Shown here piece by piece: positions 8,501 through 17,920 of a DNA stretch of 64,000 bases. A program made the position numbers and the translations under genes. Under the pieces are notes generated by a model, which made no database searches, was not told where the DNA came from, and saw only the letters and a list, made by a program, of their open reading frames with translations. Numbering within the stretch: position 1 is the first letter of the stretch; each line of letters starts with the position of its first letter. Source of the stretch: Myxococcales bacterium UBA1660 (GTDB lineage: Bacteria > Myxococcota_A > Polyangia > Polyangiales > Houyiibacteriaceae); NCBI GenBank assembly GCA_002320815.1, contig DCLA01000083.1:1285-65284 (forward strand), given 5' to 3'.

Positions 8501-8535
8501 TGGCCCCTGCCCGACTGCCCCCAGACCGGCCGCGC

Positions 8536-10428
8536 CTACTCCGGCCGCACCGGGTGGGCCCGCAGGTCCGGGGTCCGGCGCCGGCCGATGATGCGCCCCT
8601 CGAGGACCTCCACCTCCACCGGCGGCGTGAGCTCGTAGGCGTAGCCCCGGCTCCGGATGCGGAAGGTGACCGGACCGTTGGCGGTGCGCAGCTCCCGCGA
8701 GTGGCGCACCAGGAGCGAGCCTCGACGCACGTGGCGCCGGTGGGCCAGGAGGAACCCCGCCGTGCGGACCGCCAGGTGGTTGTGCAGGCGATGGCACCCG
8801 TGGCTCGAGCCGGTGAGGATGGAGCGGTAGGCCACCGACCCGTGGGTGCGCACGCCCTCGTCGACGAACACCGGGTCGCCGGCGCCCATCGGGTTCTCCT
8901 CGCGGCGGTGGTGGATCATCATCGCCAAGCCGTAGGCGCTCCGGTACCCGGGGCCGAAGAGGGTCGTGTTGGGCACCACCCGATCGCGGCCGACGTGGCG
9001 CACCAGGTCGTTGACCGGGGTGTTGCCCGGCGGGATCCAGGCGGGCGCGGCCACCACGTCGCGCCAGACCCGCGGCCCGACCGGCGACTCCTTGTACTTG
9101 AGCGCGACGCCCCCGCGGACGGTCTCGCGCATCCAGCCGCCGATGGTCGTGGGCCACTGCACCAAGGCCACCTCGTCGTTGCCCTGACCGGCGATGAGGG
9201 TGACGATCGGATGGCGCTCCACCTCCGCGCGCGCGCCGCGCACCTCCCGGGGGAGCTCGTAGTCCACGTCGCCCCGGTCCACCTCGACCCGCAGCGGCAC
9301 GTGGGCCGAGTGGTAGGCGGGCACCGCCGGCAGCGCGACGGCCACCTGCTCCGGGAGCCCCTCGGCGGCGAAGGTCGTGAAGGCCTCCGGTGAGGTCCAC
9401 CCCAGGGCCTCGGCCGCCGCTTCGGTCGCCGGGGAGATCCAGTCCGGCGCGCCGTTGGGGCGCGCCTCGTGGCCCGCGGTGTCCCGCAGCTCCGGCGCGT
9501 CCACCACGCGGCCCAGGATGGTGCCCCAGGCGTGCGCCGCGGACCCGTCCTCGATCACCCCGGTGGCGTCGACCACGCGCTCCCGCAGGGCGCGCAGCAC
9601 GGCGCGGAAGTCGCGCTCGCGGCTGTCCAGGCGCATGGCCGCCAGGGTCGTCGCTTCCAGGGACCCGGCCGCGTAGAGCATCGCCCGCCGCTGCCACTGG
9701 GCGAGCGCGTCGCTGGTGGACTCGTCCAACACGCCGTCGACCGCGGCGGCGGGGAGGAGCCCATCGCAGCGCAGGTGCGCCTGGACCGCGCGCATCGTCT
9801 CCACCCGCCGGCGGTCCTTCACGAACTGCGCGAAGACCCGGTCTCGCTCGGTCACGCCCTCGAGCGCGTCCAAGGTGCCCAGCCCCAGCCGCTCGCGCTC
9901 GGCCTCGAAGCGCGGCAGCTCCCGGTCGTAGGCGCGCACCCGCTGGCGCTCCGCGGCGACGTCGACGGTGGTGTACTTGATGTCGTAGGGCAGCTCGTGG
10001 AGCTGGGCCGGGTCGATGGCCCCGTGGCACTCGTGGACCTCGTCGTTCCCCAGGCGAGCGGCCAGGACCCGGAAGGTGGGGAAGATCCCGAAGACCTCCA
10101 GGAAGCGCTCGGGCTCCACGTCCTCGGGGAGCTGGTCCAGCCGCTCGTCGGCCAGGGCCACGTAGGTGCCGCGGTAGGGCGGGGTCCCCAGCTCGCCGAG
10201 CTCCGGGGCCGGTGTGAAGATCCGCGGCGCGAAGTCGTCGCGCAGGTCGATGGTGGTGAGCGCCTCGGGAGCTTCGGCGACGGCCTCCTCGGGGACCTCG
10301 CGCACCACCTCGCCCGCCTCGTAGACGGGCACCACCGGCACCTCGGGCTCGGGTTCGGGCGGCGGCGGCGGGCGCTCCTCCGAACCGCAGGCGAACACCA
10401 GCACCATCAGAGCGACCCCGCGCGTCAT
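8536..10428 (-). CDS. lipoprotein with a C-terminal L,D-transpeptidase (YkuD) catalytic domain
   Basis: ORF 8536..10428. Signal and lipobox read MTRGVALMVLVFACGSE. The catalytic block is GVRTHGSVAYRSILTGSSHGCHRL (His ... SHGC[IH]R pattern). Confidence 0.8.
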   Translation of the reverse strand: MTRGVALMVLVFACGSEERPPPPPEPEPEVPVVPVYEAGEVVREVPEEAVAEAPEALTTIDLRDDFAPRIFTPAPELGELGTPPYRGTYVALADERLDQLPEDVEPERFLEVFGIFPTFRVLAARLGNDEVHECHGAIDPAQLHELPYDIKYTTVDVAAERQRVRAYDRELPRFEAERERLGLGTLDALEGVTERDRVFAQFVKDRRRVETMRAVQAHLRCDGLLPAAAVDGVLDESTSDALAQWQRRAMLYAAGSLEATTLAAMRLDSRERDFRAVLRALRERVVDATGVIEDGSAAHAWGTILGRVVDAPELRDTAGHEARPNGAPDWISPATEAAAEALGWTSPEAFTTFAAEGLPEQVAVALPAVPAYHSAHVPLRVEVDRGDVDYELPREVRGARAEVERHPIVTLIAGQGNDEVALVQWPTTIGGWMRETVRGGVALKYKESPVGPRVWRDVVAAPAWIPPGNTPVNDLVRHVGRDRVVPNTTLFGPGYRSAYGLAMMIHHRREENPMGAGDPVFVDEGVRTHGSVAYRSILTGSSHGCHRLHNHLAVRTAGFLLAHRRHVRRGSLLVRHSRELRTANGPVTFRIRSRGYAYELTPPVEVEVLEGRIIGRRRTPDLRAHPVRPE

Positions 10429-10486
10429 GGCTCATCGTCGCCGTGAACCCCGGGGACCGCAACGGCGCGTATGCTCTCGCCCTCGC

Positions 10487-11686
10487 GTGAACCTCGCCAT
10501 CGCCCTCGTCACCGCCGTCACGGCGGTCCTGCTCTTCTCCCCCCGGGTCCACGGCTCCCCCACCTGGCGGGCGACCGTCACCCCGTTGGCGTCGATCATC
10601 GGCAGCGGCTTCCTGATCATCGGGCCCATCCTGATCGGCCGCTGGGGCGACCTCGCGCCGGTAGCGATGCTCGCCCTCTGCGCCTTCGCCTTCGCGCTCG
10701 GCGCAGCCATCCGCTCCAACATCGTGCACGTCGAGGCGGCCCAGGCGGCGGAGACGCTCCCGCGCGGCGCGGCGCTCCTGGAGCGGGCCTCGGATTGGGC
10801 GCTGGGCTTCGCCTACGTGATCAGCGTCACCTACTACTTGAACCTCTTCGGCGCGTTCCTGGTGGAGGAGATCGGCGGCGTCGACGAGACGCTCCCGCGG
10901 ATCGCCTGCACCGCGACCCTGACCTTCATCGGGCTCTTCGGCTTCGCCCGCGGGCTGGCGGCCCTGGAGAAGCTGGAGGTGGGCGCGGTGGGGGTGAAGC
11001 TGGCCATCATCGCCGGGCTCCTCGCGGGCATGGCGCTGCACGCGGTGAACGAAGCCCGAGCGGGGACCCTCCCCTCGACGCCGGCGGACCCCGGCTCGGC
11101 ATGGGAGCAGCTCGCGGTGCTCGCCGGGCTCATCGTGACGGTGCAGGGCTTCGAGACCTCCCGCTACCTCGGCAGTCAGTACGACGCGGCGACCCGGGTG
11201 CGGACCATGCGGCACGCGCAGCTCCTGTCCGGGGGGATCTACCTCGTCTACACCTTCCTGGTCGGGGTGGCGATGCCGGTGGACTCCGTCGAAGGTCACG
11301 GCGAGACGGCGATCATCGAGATGAGCCGCGCCGTGGCCCCAATCCTACCCGGGCTCCTGGTGGTGGCCGCGCTCGCCTCCCAGTTCAGCGCGGCGGTGGC
11401 GGACACCAACGGCGGCGGCGGGCTCTTCGAGGAGCTCTCCGGCGGGCGCCTCCGCGCGAAGTGGGCCTTCCTCCTCATGGCCGGCGCCGGCGTCGCGCTC
11501 ACCTGGGCCGCCGACGTCTTCCAGATCATCGCCCTCGCCTCCCGCGCGTTCGCCGCCTACTACGCGCTCCAGTGCGCGGTCGCCGCTCGCGTCGCCGGCC
11601 GCCGCCGGCCGCTGCCCGCGCTGGCCTTCGCGGTCCTGGCCCTCGCCTGCCTCGGCGCCGCCGTCTTCGGGATCCCCGCCGAGTAG
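10487..11686 (+). CDS. polytopic inner-membrane protein, transporter-like (family not recognised)
   Basis: ORF 10427..11686, with a GTG at 10487 giving VNLAIALVTAV. It has about 11-12 hydrophobic segments and good GC3 bias. Confidence 0.65.
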   Translation: MNLAIALVTAVTAVLLFSPRVHGSPTWRATVTPLASIIGSGFLIIGPILIGRWGDLAPVAMLALCAFAFALGAAIRSNIVHVEAAQAAETLPRGAALLERASDWALGFAYVISVTYYLNLFGAFLVEEIGGVDETLPRIACTATLTFIGLFGFARGLAALEKLEVGAVGVKLAIIAGLLAGMALHAVNEARAGTLPSTPADPGSAWEQLAVLAGLIVTVQGFETSRYLGSQYDAATRVRTMRHAQLLSGGIYLVYTFLVGVAMPVDSVEGHGETAIIEMSRAVAPILPGLLVVAALASQFSAAVADTNGGGGLFEELSGGRLRAKWAFLLMAGAGVALTWAADVFQIIALASRAFAAYYALQCAVAARVAGRRRPLPALAFAVLALACLGAAVFGIPAE

Positions 11687-11696
11687 CGCCGGGAGC

Positions 11697-12179
11697 TCAG
11701 AGGCCGGGGAAGCCCTGGCCGCCCAGCTCGATGCCCTGGACGTAATAGATGCCGCCGGAGCTCACCATGGTCACCCGCACCCCGACGGGTCCCTGGGGGG
11801 TGGCGAGCATCCCGCCGAACGAGTGCACGCCGTTGTTCAGGTTGAACTGGGTGAAGGTCACCGCGGTGTGCTGGGTCAGCGGCGGCATCGTCGCCAGATC
11901 CGCTTCGAAGGCCGCCTGGTCGTGGCCGGCGCGGTACGCCGGGCTCATGCGCGCATAGGCCGTGGCGTGATCACCGGTGCGCAGCTCGAGTAGGAAGGCC
12001 TCGGCGTCGTCACTGCCGCTGGTGACGCTCTTGCACATCATGAAGATGCCCCCGAAGCAGAGCCCCAGGAGCAAGAAGGCCACCGCGCACCCGATGCCCA
12101 GGATCTTCGGCCAGTTGGGGCCGCTCTTGGGCTCGGGGGTCGCGTCGGAGGGGGCGGGAAACGCGTGGGGCGCCTGCAT
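11697..12179 (-). CDS. membrane-anchored hypothetical protein
   Basis: ATG at 12179 inside ORF 11697..12395. Protein starts MQAPHAF... with a single TM segment ILGIGCAVAFLLLGLCFGGIFMM followed by a soluble domain. Confidence 0.6.
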   Translation of the reverse strand: MQAPHAFPAPSDATPEPKSGPNWPKILGIGCAVAFLLLGLCFGGIFMMCKSVTSGSDDAEAFLLELRTGDHATAYARMSPAYRAGHDQAAFEADLATMPPLTQHTAVTFTQFNLNNGVHSFGGMLATPQGPVGVRVTMVSSGGIYYVQGIELGGQGFPGL

Positions 12180-12225
12180 GGGTTGGCACCCTAGCGGAGA
12201 ATCCCGCGCCGTTGGGCTTCGAGTG

Positions 12226-15200
12226 TCAGGGCGTGAAGACCTCGCGGCTGACCGCGCCCTCGGCGACCTGCTCCGGCGAGAAGCGCAGGGGCACCGTCTC
12301 GTTGGCCAGCCAGTTCCGCGCGCGGTCGTCGAAGTGCGCGGACTCCGGGTCCCCGCTCTGACCGCCCGGCAGCGTGTTGTAGCCCTCCACGCCATCCGGC
12401 CCGAGGGCGACCACGGTGCGCATCACCGGACCGTTGCGGTGCGTGAAGCGGGTCCCGCTGAAGCCGGGGTTGGCGGCGTCGACGTCGTACTGATCGCCCG
12501 GCCGCGGGAACCACTGGAGCGCCGCCCGGGGGTCGTCCTCGGTGAGGCCGTCGGCCAGGGGGAGTCGCTCGGTGGTGATGTTGAAGTCGCGGAAGACCGT
12601 GGCCACGAGCGGGTCGTCCCCGACGAAGTCGCCCAGGAGCGACTCGAAGCGGACCTGGTGGCGGAGGCCCCAAAGCCAGGCGCTCATGTCGTCGGTGCCG
12701 AAGCCGCCGTTCTGCCCGTCCTCGTCGGTCGGGCCCGAGAGGAAGGCCAGGGTCTCCGCCAGCGCGCGCACGCCGATCTCCTGGCTGCTCTCCACCACGT
12801 CCGTGGTGCGGATGTCGTCGAAGAAGACCGACTCGCCCGTCACCGGGTCGTGGGAGGGCAGCGCCGCGTCGCCGCGGTGCTCGTAGAGCTGCATGAACGA
12901 GCGGAGCTCCCAGTTGCCGCCGGGGTTCACCGAGCCGTCGATGCCCTCGTCGCTCCAGACGCCCTGGAGCATGCGGGGCATCCACGCGGCGAAGATCATG
13001 GTGGCCACCGATTGGCGGCGCGTGTCCTCGGTGCTCGTGGAGCAGAAGGTGTCGACCCCCGAGGGCGTCGGGTAGTCGTCCGCGCGCCAGGCCTCCATGC
13101 GGGTCGCGACCTCGTCGAAGGCGGCCTGGTTCGCGGTGTAGAGGGCGGCCATGCGCTCCTCCGGGGACCCCGCGGTCGGGCTGCCCGACGCCGCCGTCCG
13201 CGCGGCCTCGATGACCTCGAGGAGCAGCGGCACCAGGTCCTCGCCGATGTTGCTGTGGTGATCACCCTGAATCGACTGCATGGCGGCGATGTCCGCGCCC
13301 CCGGCGTCGATGGCGCTCTCCAGGCGACCGGCGATCCGCGAGGCGCGGTAGCCGACGTCCCAGGGGCCTCCGATGTAGTAGGGGTCGTTCCAGGGATCGT
13401 CGTCGAGGGTGATCGCCCCCGGGTCGTTGTTGGCGTTGACCACGTACTGCCGCGCGGGGTTCACCGCCTGCGGCCACTGGTCGAAGGGCACCGCGCACGC
13501 CGTGTCGGCGCCGGCGGCGGCGGCTTCCTCGTCGACGCGCCCCTCGGCGTCGAGCGGGATGTGCCACGCCGGGTAGGTGGTGCCGTCGATGAGGAGCGAG
13601 GGGTCCGCGCCCTCCACGAAGCGCCCGCTGGCGTCCCGCGGCAGGTAGGTGCGGCAGGGCATCGCGTGGTAGCCGGTGTAGAGCACGTTGCCCTCCCGGT
13701 CGGCCGCCGAGAAGTTCAGCCCGAACCCGATGACGTGGCGCATCGCCTGCCGGAAATCCTCGACGGTGTCCGAGCGCTCGAAGCCCATCACCGCGCGGAG
13801 CAGGTTCCCGCCGTCCAGCGGCACGTAGTAGAAGCTCATCGCCGAGACGACGCCGTCGTCGTCCTGATCCCCGGGGACGATCCAGTCGCCCATCATGTTG
13901 ACCAGGGTCTCCCCGGGCGCGAGCACCTCGTCCTCGGTGGCCACGCGGCCTTCGATCGAGGTGATCAGGCGGCCGTCGAAGGTCGTCCAGCGGGGCAGGT
14001 CCAAGGTGCGCCCCACGCTCTCGAGCACCGCGATGTCGGCGACCTCGTAGGTCTCGTCGACCCGGGTCAGTGGCCGCTCCTCGCCGCCGAAGACGGAGGC
14101 CACCGGCGCGCCGTCCTCGTCGAGGACGATCTGCTCCGAGTACCAGTCGGTCACGTCGGTGACGAAGTTGGTGCCGCCCCAGGCCACCCGACCGTTGGTG
14201 CCGGTGGCGATGCCCGGCGCGCCGATGAGCGAGACACCGGTCACCGTCGTCGGCTCGGCGTCGCCCATCAGCGCGGTGTCCAAGCCGTACTCCCACATGA
14301 GCGAGGGGATCGAGAGCTGCAGGTGTCCGTCGCCGGAGAGGAGCGCGCGGCCGTCGCCGGTCGCCGAGCCCATCACCGCCCACACGTTCGAGCCCCAGCC
14401 CTCGAGGTCGGCCGGGTGCAAGCGCGCGTGATGCTCGCCGAGGCGCGCGATGAGCCGGTCGAGGGCGCTCCCCTCGACGCGCATCTGGGGCCGGTGGGGC
14501 TCACCGCCCGCGCCCGGCAGGATGATCGGCCGGCGCGTGGTGACCGCGCCGTCCACGCCCCACCCGTTCGCCGACGCGGTCGGTCGGATCGGCGCCCAGC
14601 GATCGACGATGTCCATCAGCCCGGCCATGCGCAGCTCGCGCTGCGGCGCGTCGGGGAAGTGCTCGTCGATCCGCGCCAGCGCGCGGGCCCGGCTGGGGCC
14701 CTTGGTCTCGAAGCCGGTCTGGAAGGTCATGGTGGCGGCCAGGGCCATCACGTCCCGGCGCGTCCACTCCCGCATGAGCTGATGCGGTGCGCTGGCGCCC
14801 AGGAGCGGGGCCACGATGATGTACTCCCGCGGCGCCACCGCCTGGCGCGCCCGGACGGCCGCCACGTAGGCGTTGATGCCCTCGGCGAAGGCGTCGACCT
14901 GCGCGGCCTCTTCGGCCGTGAGCGAGTCGGTGTAGACCTGCGTGAGCTGGTCCGCACCGGTCATCCGGTTCTCCAGATCGCTCGCCAACCCCACGTCGCC
15001 GAGGAGCGCGCTGACCAGGCCCTGGGAGAGCCGGGAGACCATGTCGAGCTGGAAGTAGCGGTCCTTGGCGATGACGAAGCCCAGGACCCGCCGCGCGTCC
15101 AGATCGTTCTCCGCGTACACGTGGGGCACCGACTGTTCGGTGCGGACCACGTGGGCCGCCGCGCTCAGCCCGGGGATCGCGAACTGCCCGTCGAGGGGCA

Positions 15201-15375
15201 CCGCCTCGAAGAGCTCGGGCGGGTCCGGCGGCGGCTCGGCCGCGTCCATGCCCATATCGGATCCCATGTCCGGGTCGGGCGAAGGTCCATCGTCGTCGCC
15301 GCAGGCGAACACGAACGTGAGAGCACACGCGGCCATCAGCCGCCAATCCAAGCGAACACCCATGGGGCGCAGCAT
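12226..15375 (-). CDS. penicillin-acylase-family Ntn hydrolase (peptidase S45) lipoprotein, about 1050 aa
   Basis: ORF 12226..15477 with a probable start at the ATG at 15375 (MLRPMGVRLDWRLMAACALTFVFACGDDDG). Family blocks are the nucleophile site GWGSNVWAV, NANNDP and LPGGQSGDPESAHFDD. Confidence 0.85.
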   Translation of the reverse strand: MLRPMGVRLDWRLMAACALTFVFACGDDDGPSPDPDMGSDMGMDAAEPPPDPPELFEAVPLDGQFAIPGLSAAAHVVRTEQSVPHVYAENDLDARRVLGFVIAKDRYFQLDMVSRLSQGLVSALLGDVGLASDLENRMTGADQLTQVYTDSLTAEEAAQVDAFAEGINAYVAAVRARQAVAPREYIIVAPLLGASAPHQLMREWTRRDVMALAATMTFQTGFETKGPSRARALARIDEHFPDAPQRELRMAGLMDIVDRWAPIRPTASANGWGVDGAVTTRRPIILPGAGGEPHRPQMRVEGSALDRLIARLGEHHARLHPADLEGWGSNVWAVMGSATGDGRALLSGDGHLQLSIPSLMWEYGLDTALMGDAEPTTVTGVSLIGAPGIATGTNGRVAWGGTNFVTDVTDWYSEQIVLDEDGAPVASVFGGEERPLTRVDETYEVADIAVLESVGRTLDLPRWTTFDGRLITSIEGRVATEDEVLAPGETLVNMMGDWIVPGDQDDDGVVSAMSFYYVPLDGGNLLRAVMGFERSDTVEDFRQAMRHVIGFGLNFSAADREGNVLYTGYHAMPCRTYLPRDASGRFVEGADPSLLIDGTTYPAWHIPLDAEGRVDEEAAAAGADTACAVPFDQWPQAVNPARQYVVNANNDPGAITLDDDPWNDPYYIGGPWDVGYRASRIAGRLESAIDAGGADIAAMQSIQGDHHSNIGEDLVPLLLEVIEAARTAASGSPTAGSPEERMAALYTANQAAFDEVATRMEAWRADDYPTPSGVDTFCSTSTEDTRRQSVATMIFAAWMPRMLQGVWSDEGIDGSVNPGGNWELRSFMQLYEHRGDAALPSHDPVTGESVFFDDIRTTDVVESSQEIGVRALAETLAFLSGPTDEDGQNGGFGTDDMSAWLWGLRHQVRFESLLGDFVGDDPLVATVFRDFNITTERLPLADGLTEDDPRAALQWFPRPGDQYDVDAANPGFSGTRFTHRNGPVMRTVVALGPDGVEGYNTLPGGQSGDPESAHFDDRARNWLANETVPLRFSPEQVAEGAVSREVFTP

Positions 15376-15563
15376 AGCCGGTCCCCCCGTCGGGTCCCGT
15401 CCACGACCTCTCACGACGTGCGGGGGTGGGACCTTCGTACCGGCGGGTCGACCCCGACCGCCGCGGTGCCATTTCATGGGGGGAAACTTTGGGGAAAACG
15501 ACCATTCCGCCCCCGTAACGGGGGCTTGGCCCCTTCGCCGATGAGCCCAAACCTGAACAACGC

Positions 15564-15914
15564 ATGATGTCGTGTCCCCATTGCGGATCTCCGATGCGCC
15601 CCCTCTTCATCACCGTCGCCTGTGACCGCTGCGACGGCCCGAGCGAGCGTGACTGGTGCGGTTATGTGGTCTGGCGGAAGCGGCCCTCCGGGAGCCAGGA
15701 GTACGTCTTCCGGACCCGCGCCGACGCCGACCGCTGGAAGCGGGCCAACGGGCTCGAGGACTTCGACGTGCGGATGGTCTACACCGACGCCTCGATCAAC
15801 TGGCGCGAGAGCCAGGGCACGCTCCAGGACATCGTCTTCGCCGACCGGCTCTTCGAGATCTACCACGACGTCCGCTACCGACCGGCCGTCAACCGCGCGC
15901 ACCTCGCCGCCTGA
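15564..15914 (+). CDS. small zinc-ribbon-containing hypothetical protein
   Basis: ORF 15564..15914 with N-terminal CPHC...CDRC and high GC3. Confidence 0.6.
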   Translation: MMSCPHCGSPMRPLFITVACDRCDGPSERDWCGYVVWRKRPSGSQEYVFRTRADADRWKRANGLEDFDVRMVYTDASINWRESQGTLQDIVFADRLFEIYHDVRYRPAVNRAHLAA

Positions 15915-15938
15915 GCGCGACCGCCTCGCCCGATCGGG

Positions 15939-17246
15939 GTGCCCCGGAAGTCACGCCGCGGGCGCGAGGACGACTGGGTTCCGGTCGCCCCTCCCGGGCG
16001 CTTCGTGAGACAACCCCCCGTCGTGCCCGATCCCGCTTCGCTCCAGCCCTGGCTGCTGATCGTCCTCTACGTCGCGACCATCGCCCTGGTGTGGCGACGC
16101 AGCGTCTTCTACCGCCGCTTCGTCATGATCCTCATGGGGATCCTCTGTCTGATCTGGTGGGGCCTGAGCGCCCAGCTCCCCCCCGTCGTCGGGTGGGTCT
16201 TCGTGGCGCTGCAGGTCCTCACCGCGTCGCACTTCGTCCGCCTGGTCCACGCGCGGCTCCGGAGCGTTCCCTACCGCGCGCTCCTGACGATCCCGGCCCA
16301 TTGGTTCGCGGCGTCGACGGTCCTCGCCCTGCCCTTCGCCGTCGCCGCGGCCCTGGGGTACCCCACGCCGCTCTTCGTCGTCGCCTATCTCATCGGTGGC
16401 TTCGGCGTGTACCAGTCGCTGAGCGCGACCCCCGAGGTCATCGACCTGGACCTCGACCGGCGCGACCGCGGCCCCTTGGCGCCCTTGGTCATCGAGCCCG
16501 CGCGCGACCCGGACCTCCACGGCCGCCGCTTCGCGCCCGAGCCCGAGCGCCTGCGGGTGGTTCAGATCACCGATCCCCACCTGGGCCCCTTCATGTCCCC
16601 GGCCCAGCTCGCGGCCATCTGCCAGCGCGCGGTGGACACCGACCCGGACCTGGTGCTCATCACCGGCGATCTCCTGACCATGGAGAGTCATGGCGCGGTG
16701 AAGGCCATCGCCGCCGCCTTCGCGCCGCTGAAGCAGCTCGAGGGCCGCGTCTTCGCCTGCCACGGCAACCACGACCACGAGGATCCGGCCTCCGTCCGCG
16801 AGGGCCTCGAGCGCGCCGGCGTGCGCCTCCTGGTCGACGAGTGGGCCCGGGTCGAGACCCGCGTGGGTCCGGTCGACGTGATCGGCTCCGACTACCACTG
16901 GACCCACCGCGACGAGAAGACCGCCGCCCTCTTCACGAATCGACCGGACGACGGGACCCCGCGCATCCTCCTGCTGCACAATCCGGGACACATCGGCCAC
17001 GTCCCCGAGGGGGCCGTCGATCTGGTCCTCGCCGGCCACACCCACGGGGGCCACGTGGGGCTCCTCTCGCTGGGCTCGGCGTGGACCGTCGTGCGCGGGT
17101 TCACCTCGATCCCCGACCACGGCCTCTGGGCCCGCGGCGCCGAGCGCCTCTACGTGCACCGGGGCACCGGTCACTACGGCTTCCCGATCCGCCTGGGCGT
17201 GCCCCGGGAGGAGTCGGTGCTCCAGGTCCGCTTCCTGGATCGCTGA
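15939..17246 (+). CDS. membrane-anchored calcineurin-like metallophosphoesterase
   Basis: ORF 15939..17246 with a GTG start; downstream GTGs near 16005 and 16026 are possible alternatives. Four N-terminal TM segments, then the motifs DPHLG, GDLL, GNHD and GHTHGG. Confidence 0.8.
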   Translation: MPRKSRRGREDDWVPVAPPGRFVRQPPVVPDPASLQPWLLIVLYVATIALVWRRSVFYRRFVMILMGILCLIWWGLSAQLPPVVGWVFVALQVLTASHFVRLVHARLRSVPYRALLTIPAHWFAASTVLALPFAVAAALGYPTPLFVVAYLIGGFGVYQSLSATPEVIDLDLDRRDRGPLAPLVIEPARDPDLHGRRFAPEPERLRVVQITDPHLGPFMSPAQLAAICQRAVDTDPDLVLITGDLLTMESHGAVKAIAAAFAPLKQLEGRVFACHGNHDHEDPASVREGLERAGVRLLVDEWARVETRVGPVDVIGSDYHWTHRDEKTAALFTNRPDDGTPRILLLHNPGHIGHVPEGAVDLVLAGHTHGGHVGLLSLGSAWTVVRGFTSIPDHGLWARGAERLYVHRGTGHYGFPIRLGVPREESVLQVRFLDR

Positions 17247-17264
17247 CCGACGGCGGCGCGGCCG

Positions 17265-17798
17265 TCAGCTCTTGCGGTAGTGGATCCGGAAGACGACGTC
17301 GCCGGGCAGGTGGTGGCTCTCGATCTTCACGGTGAGCGTGAGCCGCTGACCGTCCTCGCTGAGGGCCAGGGTGTGCGTCACGGTGGCGTCGTCGGTGGTC
17401 ATCGTCTGGACCAGGCGGCCGCGCTGGAAGCGCTGCCGCGCGTTCAAGGGGTCGCCCCAGGGATCATCGATGCGGTGGCGGCTGCCGTCGGCGGCGAAGT
17501 CGAGGTCGTACTCCCCCACCTGCGCCCGGAAGTCGCTCCCCGTGCCCGAGACCACGACCCGGCGGTGGATCGGCGTGCCCGCCTCGAGCCGCCGGCGCGC
17601 GATGGGCCGGGAGATGAAGTTCATGTCGTCGGTGGCCGACTCCACCGCGGCGTCCCGGGCGCGCTCGGCGGGGCCGGCGTCGGAGACCACCCAGGTCCCG
17701 GCGAAGCGCTCCTCCGGCGAGGGCGAGTCCTGGGCGACGGCCACGGCCGGCAGGAGGACGAAGGCGGCGAGGAGGCTGGGGCGGATCATCGTGCGCAT
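17265..17798 (-). CDS. secreted hypothetical protein
   Basis: ORF 17265..17798 with signal peptide MRTMIRPSLLAAFVLLPAVAVAQ. Confidence 0.65.
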   Translation of the reverse strand: MRTMIRPSLLAAFVLLPAVAVAQDSPSPEERFAGTWVVSDAGPAERARDAAVESATDDMNFISRPIARRRLEAGTPIHRRVVVSGTGSDFRAQVGEYDLDFAADGSRHRIDDPWGDPLNARQRFQRGRLVQTMTTDDATVTHTLALSEDGQRLTLTVKIESHHLPGDVVFRIHYRKS

Positions 17799-17920
17799 CG
17801 GACGGGGGAGGCCCGCGCGGTGTTCAATCGCCGACCCCCGGCCACTCTACCCAATGGCCTCCCGGCCGTCACGATCGCGCGCCGCCCGGGCTGCTGGGGT
17901 GGAGTTCGGCAGCCGGGCGC

